Positions 60,349 through 64,000 of a DNA stretch of 64,000 bases are shown here, in pieces; the first letter of the stretch is position 1, and the number at the start of each line of letters is the position of its first letter. The stretch comes from Alkalispirochaeta sp. (GTDB lineage: Bacteria > Spirochaetota > Spirochaetia > DSM-27196 > Alkalispirochaetaceae), in contig CBDESZ010000006.1 in the NCBI GenBank assembly GCA_965242725.1, forward strand, positions 32,001-96,000. The letters run 5' to 3'. Below the pieces are notes generated by a model that had not been told where the DNA came from, ran no database searches, and saw nothing but the letters and a program-made list of their open reading frames with translations. The translations under genes were made by a program, and so were the position numbers.

Positions 60349-60627
60349 ATGATGAAAGAAGAACAGAGGGAAAAAGTACGGAACAGGTTACGCCGGATTG
60401 AAGGACAGATTGCCGGGATTGGTCGTATGATTGATGATGACCGATACTGTGTCGACATTCTCAACCAAACGTCGGCCGTCATCGCGGCGATCAGGAACGT
60501 TGAGAATATCGTAATGGAGAACCACTTGAACACATGTGTCGTCGATGCGATTCGGAGCGGAGATCCTGAGGAACAACGCCTGAAGACGACCGAAATTATG
60601 GATGTGCTTGGCAAGTATCGGAAGTGA
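60349..60627 (+). CDS. csoR: Second CsoR-family repressor
   Basis: RLRRIEGQ, YCVDILNQ and NHLNTCV; CTACGGGGGTATGGTAT overlaps the start. Confidence 0.9.
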   Translation: MMKEEQREKVRNRLRRIEGQIAGIGRMIDDDRYCVDILNQTSAVIAAIRNVENIVMENHLNTCVVDAIRSGDPEEQRLKTTEIMDVLGKYRK

Positions 60628-60657
60628 AGATATTCGCGGGGGCGCGAAACAGATAGA

Positions 60658-61302
60658 TTATCTACCGTCGCGGAATTTCACATAGAGGCGGCGCAGGGCA
60701 AAAATCGCGACTGAAACGCCAATTCCCATCAGTGACAAACGTATCCAATCGTTTCGGGCAAGTGCACTGCCCATGGAGAGAATGACAAAGGCAAAGGGTG
60801 TCATACCGATAAGGCTGGCGAGAGCGTAAGTGCGGAAGGAGACCGCTTTGGTCAAACCAAGCACGTAACTTGGTATCTCCACGGGAAATATCATCCGTAT
60901 AATGACGATCGCCAGAAAACCCGTGTCCCGGGGTATCCTGTTCTCCCATTCCTGCAGTCTCTCCGGGGAAACCAGTTTTACCAGAACCGGTCTGCCAAGA
61001 TACCGAGCGATGAGAAAAGCGATGACGGCACCGATCCACCAGCCAAGGATGCTCAGGATACCTCCTATGGTAATACCCCATGCCGCTGCCGCTATGGGTA
61101 TCAGTGGCATGGAAGAAAGGGGAAGGACCACGATCGCCGCGGCCGTCACGGCTACATAGATCATCGCCGTACCTACGGGGTAGTCGATGGCGTACTGGGC
61201 GATGACGGAAACCAACAGCGGAAAATATTGAAACGAAAACAACAGACCCGAGGCGATAAGCAGGGCGACAAGTACTCGTACAAGCAGAACCGGGAGTCTC
61301 AT
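60658..61302 (-). CDS. DedA/TVP38 (VTT domain) membrane protein
   Basis: GAVIAFLIARYLGR, IIRMIFP and SYVLGL; GGAGGA RBS. Confidence 0.85.
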   Translation of the reverse strand: MRLPVLLVRVLVALLIASGLLFSFQYFPLLVSVIAQYAIDYPVGTAMIYVAVTAAAIVVLPLSSMPLIPIAAAAWGITIGGILSILGWWIGAVIAFLIARYLGRPVLVKLVSPERLQEWENRIPRDTGFLAIVIIRMIFPVEIPSYVLGLTKAVSFRTYALASLIGMTPFAFVILSMGSALARNDWIRLSLMGIGVSVAIFALRRLYVKFRDGR

Positions 61303-61802
61303 TTCTTCCTCCGGAAGACTCCCCAAAAAACCAATGCAAGTACCGCAACAAATATGAGCAAATGGTATACCCGTACATGGATTGGTCGGTGAAGGATATG
61401 TCGGTCCGGGGAAAACCAGGGAGACCACCGGTCGGTAGTTATACCCGGGGCCATTATGGTGTTGTTCCATTGCGGAATGGTACCGTCCATTTCAAGGTAG
61501 TGGCGGGCAAAACGTATATGGACGGCCATGTTTCGCGGTGAGCCGCGGCCGCCCATTATGTCGTTTAACCACTTGTGCCAGTCCGGGTCATCTACAATGG
61601 CACCCATGATTTGGAAACCGAGTTCTTCCATATCCGCCGGGGATACCAGGTCGGGGTCTATGTCACCCGGTCTGCGTACCCCCTGTTCTTCCATGATGCG
61701 GGCGGTGATTTCCATAACCGATTGTTCATCGGGAAAAAGGGAAAGTGCCGGGAGTACAAACAGGAGCAGAACGAAGACGGTTAATCGAGAACGACTGTGC
61801 AT
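61299..61802 (-). CDS. Divergent paralog of the His/Met-rich exported protein (no SHOCT)
   Basis: IDPDLVS..MEELG..IMG..WHKWLNDIMGGRGS..H. Confidence 0.7.
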   Translation of the reverse strand: MHSRSRLTVFVLLLFVLPALSLFPDEQSVMEITARIMEEQGVRRPGDIDPDLVSPADMEELGFQIMGAIVDDPDWHKWLNDIMGGRGSPRNMAVHIRFARHYLEMDGTIPQWNNTIMAPGITTDRWSPWFSPDRHILHRPIHVRVYHLLIFVAVLALVFWGVFRRKK

Positions 61803-61808
61803 CTGTAA

Positions 61809-62609
61809 TCAGTATATCAGCGACCTTGAGCCGCAGGTGTCGAACCTACGATTTTTCGGACTTTGTTTGTATAATGTAGAAGAAATGAACAAGCAAAAAG
61901 GAATTTGGAAGCATCTATAGGTAGCAGCTGGTATCTGAAATAGTTCAAATTTATCATTATTAAAACTATCTGACTTTTCAACACCAAGAATATCAATAAA
62001 TGATTCATCATTTTTTTCACTAGGCAAATAGACTGATATCAGAGGAGAATCAGTCACCTCTCCCCATCTACCATTTGTCAAATTCCAAAGCTCTTGGTAT
62101 TCATCTGTACATACGTATTCTTTCCAGAATTTAGGGCCTTCTTTAAAAAAGTTTTCATGTGTAAAGTTTTTACTCTTCCCTACCAATTCAAAAGACGGTT
62201 TTTCGACTATTTTATAATCCATATCATTTCCTCCTTTGATTTCGATATGAAAAGAAACACGATTATATGCCGATAATTTAACCTCAGAGCTGCGCACTTC
62301 TCGTGGATTAATACCATGCATATTCCGGAATGCTCTAGTAAACGCATTTGGTGATTCATAACCATATTTCAGAGCGATATCAATGACTTTTTCATTCCCA
62401 GCAGCGAGATCAGAGGCTGCTAAATTCAATCTTCGTCGTCTGATATATTCAGCAGGCGTAATCCCAATGATTGCATAAAACATTCGCTGAAAATGAAATG
62501 ATGAACAATTGGCTATCTTTGCTACTTCTGAAATCAGTAGTTCATATTTAATATTATCTTCAATATAATTGATTGCCATATTCATTCTTTCAGACCATTC
62601 CATTATCAT
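61809..62609 (-). pseudogene. AraC-family regulator with GyrI-like domain, 3'-truncated, AT-rich
   Basis: YIRRRRL..AA and YGYESPNAFTRAF; recognisable sequence stops after IPAATY (about 61915). Confidence 0.8.
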
Positions 62610-62856
62610 GCTTCCTTGTTATGCATAGTAATAAATTTTAATTCTATGATCTCACCTTTTTATGCGATGCGATGTGTGTTTATACATTTCCAAACTGGCA
62701 CGGATGCCAGTTTGCCTATATATAATCCCTTCTCCCAAAAAAGGGCGGGGTAATTGCATCTAACGTCCTGCGAATAGCCGAAGTTACCAAGGCATTCACC
62801 TGTCAACAATGTCCTTAGCTTTCTGTAAACCATCTCCATGATCAGTACCTGTGTCC

Positions 62857-62955
62857 ACATAACGATGAGTTGAGTTGTTTGGCGTTAATCGGCGCGGTTG
62901 TTGCAGAAGCAAGAACCGTGACGATAGCCAAATCAACTCGAACGTGGTGTTATGT
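62857..62955 (-). other. Integron attC recombination site
   Basis: Minus strand ACATAAC-5nt-GTT[C]GAGTTG[A]TTTGGC...GCCAAACAACTCAAC-5nt-GTTATGT, with two extrahelical bases. Confidence 0.8.
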
Positions 62956-62967
62956 GACTCAGGTTTT

Positions 62968-64000
62968 TGAGGTGGACCCCTTCGTCAAGACCACTCAACG
63001 AGGGTCTTAAGCTACTCCATTGCCCCGCTCAGGCTGCAGCCTGAGCGCCGCGCCGGTTGTATGCCATATTCGGCGTCTTCCCATCCACGGATGAGTGAGG
63101 GCGCCGTCCGTTGTACATCGTGATGTACTCATCGATTCGTTGCCGGGCTTCTGCCGGTGATTGGTAGTCGTTGAGGTACACCTCGTCGTACTTGATCGTC
63201 CGCCAGAACCGCTCGATGATTACATTGTCGAGAGCGCGGCCCTTGCCATCCATACTGATCTTCACGCCCGCATCTTTAAGGGGCTGCAGAAACGCCGGAG
63301 AGGTGAACTGTACTCCCTGATCGGAGTTGAAGATCTCCGGCGGCCCATACCGTCTGAGAGCCTGCTCGAGCACTTCAATCGCGGACGATTTGTCGAGAGT
63401 CAGGCTTACGTCCCAGCTCAACACCTTCCGGGAGAACCAGTCAATGATCGCCGTCAGGTACACGAACCCGTCTTCCAGCCGAATATAGGTCGTATCGATC
63501 GACCACACCTGGTTGGGACGCTCAATCGACAACCCTCTCAAGAGGTACGGGTATACCTCGTGTTCCGGCGGCAGGCGACGGTGATAGGTGTGCGGAAACA
63601 CCACACGCAGCATCATGAGCCGCATCAGACGCTGTACGCGCTTCCGGTTGACCGTCCAACCCTCCAGACGCAGGGCGTCACGGATCATTCGGCTGCCCCA
63701 CGTGATATGCGCGGTGTGGAGCTCATCGATCCGTTTCATAAGCTGATCGGTGTCCCGATCGACCTTCTGCGGTTGGTAGTACAGCGTTGATCGGTTCAGG
63801 CCCAACAGCATGCACTGCTCACGGACTGACAGTCTTTCGTGATCCGGCTCGATCATTTCCCGAAGTTCGGCAGCTGATCGACTCCCAGTTTTTTTTTCAG
63901 GAAATCGATCTGTACTTGCTGGTGACCGACCTTCCGGTATAGCTCATCTCGTTCGGCCTCAGTGGCCTGTTGCTCGTCATCATGCTTGCCGGCAAAGATG
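62968..64000 (-). mobile_element. IS3-family insertion sequence (continues beyond the window)
   Basis: Right end ...GGGGTCCACCTCA; orfA tail DFLKKKL ends at 63853; A9 slippery run at 63889-63897; orfB in the -1 frame. Confidence 0.92.
63029..63856 (-). CDS. IS3 OrfB DDE transposase
   Basis: WSIDTTYI, IIDWFSR, NSDQGVQF, DNVIIERFWRTIKY and YNGRRPHS. Confidence 0.95.
   Translation of the reverse strand: MIEPDHERLSVREQCMLLGLNRSTLYYQPQKVDRDTDQLMKRIDELHTAHITWGSRMIRDALRLEGWTVNRKRVQRLMRLMMLRVVFPHTYHRRLPPEHEVYPYLLRGLSIERPNQVWSIDTTYIRLEDGFVYLTAIIDWFSRKVLSWDVSLTLDKSSAIEVLEQALRRYGPPEIFNSDQGVQFTSPAFLQPLKDAGVKISMDGKGRALDNVIIERFWRTIKYDEVYLNDYQSPAEARQRIDEYITMYNGRRPHSSVDGKTPNMAYNRRGAQAAA

Noticed and set aside
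63853..63900. Transposase frameshift as pseudogenisation
   Set aside because: Normal IS3 orfA/orfB -1 arrangement with a slippery A-run
1..64000. tRNA, rRNA, CRISPR array, integrase or conjugation genes
   Set aside because: None recognised by eye; small ncRNAs cannot be excluded without an Rfam scan

Overview
A GC-rich bacterial accessory region, probably from a free-living spirochaete. That is an inference from the spirochaete-type Lgt, tandem lnt genes and Cys-less 'FAxGxxE' signal peptides. It is a mosaic heavy-metal and copper resistance island. The left part holds a MerR-regulated operon (merF relic, disulfide reductase, merR, thioredoxin-like gene), a type II toxin-antitoxin pair, a SWIM protein, two Zn/Cd/Co-type P1B ATPases with MerR and ArsR regulators, and a split feoB with feoA. 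The centre and right hold the copper module: CopA, CopB, CopZ, two CsoR, and an OmpR/HAMP two-component system with a His/Met-rich sensor loop. These are interleaved with genes not normally counted as copper resistance: lgt, two lnt, an MMPL/LolA-like/beta-barrel trio, pflBA, an archaeal-type GAPDH, LDH, cysM, a sulfonate-type ABC importer, and a PTS Enzyme I fused to a YHS/TRASH domain. Two recurring motifs in the non-coding DNA tie these genes together. One is a CsoR-type ATACC-N7-GGTAT box at about 10 sites, including pflB, gap-ldh and MMPL. The other is an 11-bp-period GTCAC/GTAAT array exactly 10 nt upstream of a -10 element at 7 promoters. The right end has an AT-rich truncated araC, an integron attC site and an IS3 element. 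Several genes carry internal deletions. All functional calls come from motif recognition by eye; no searches were run.
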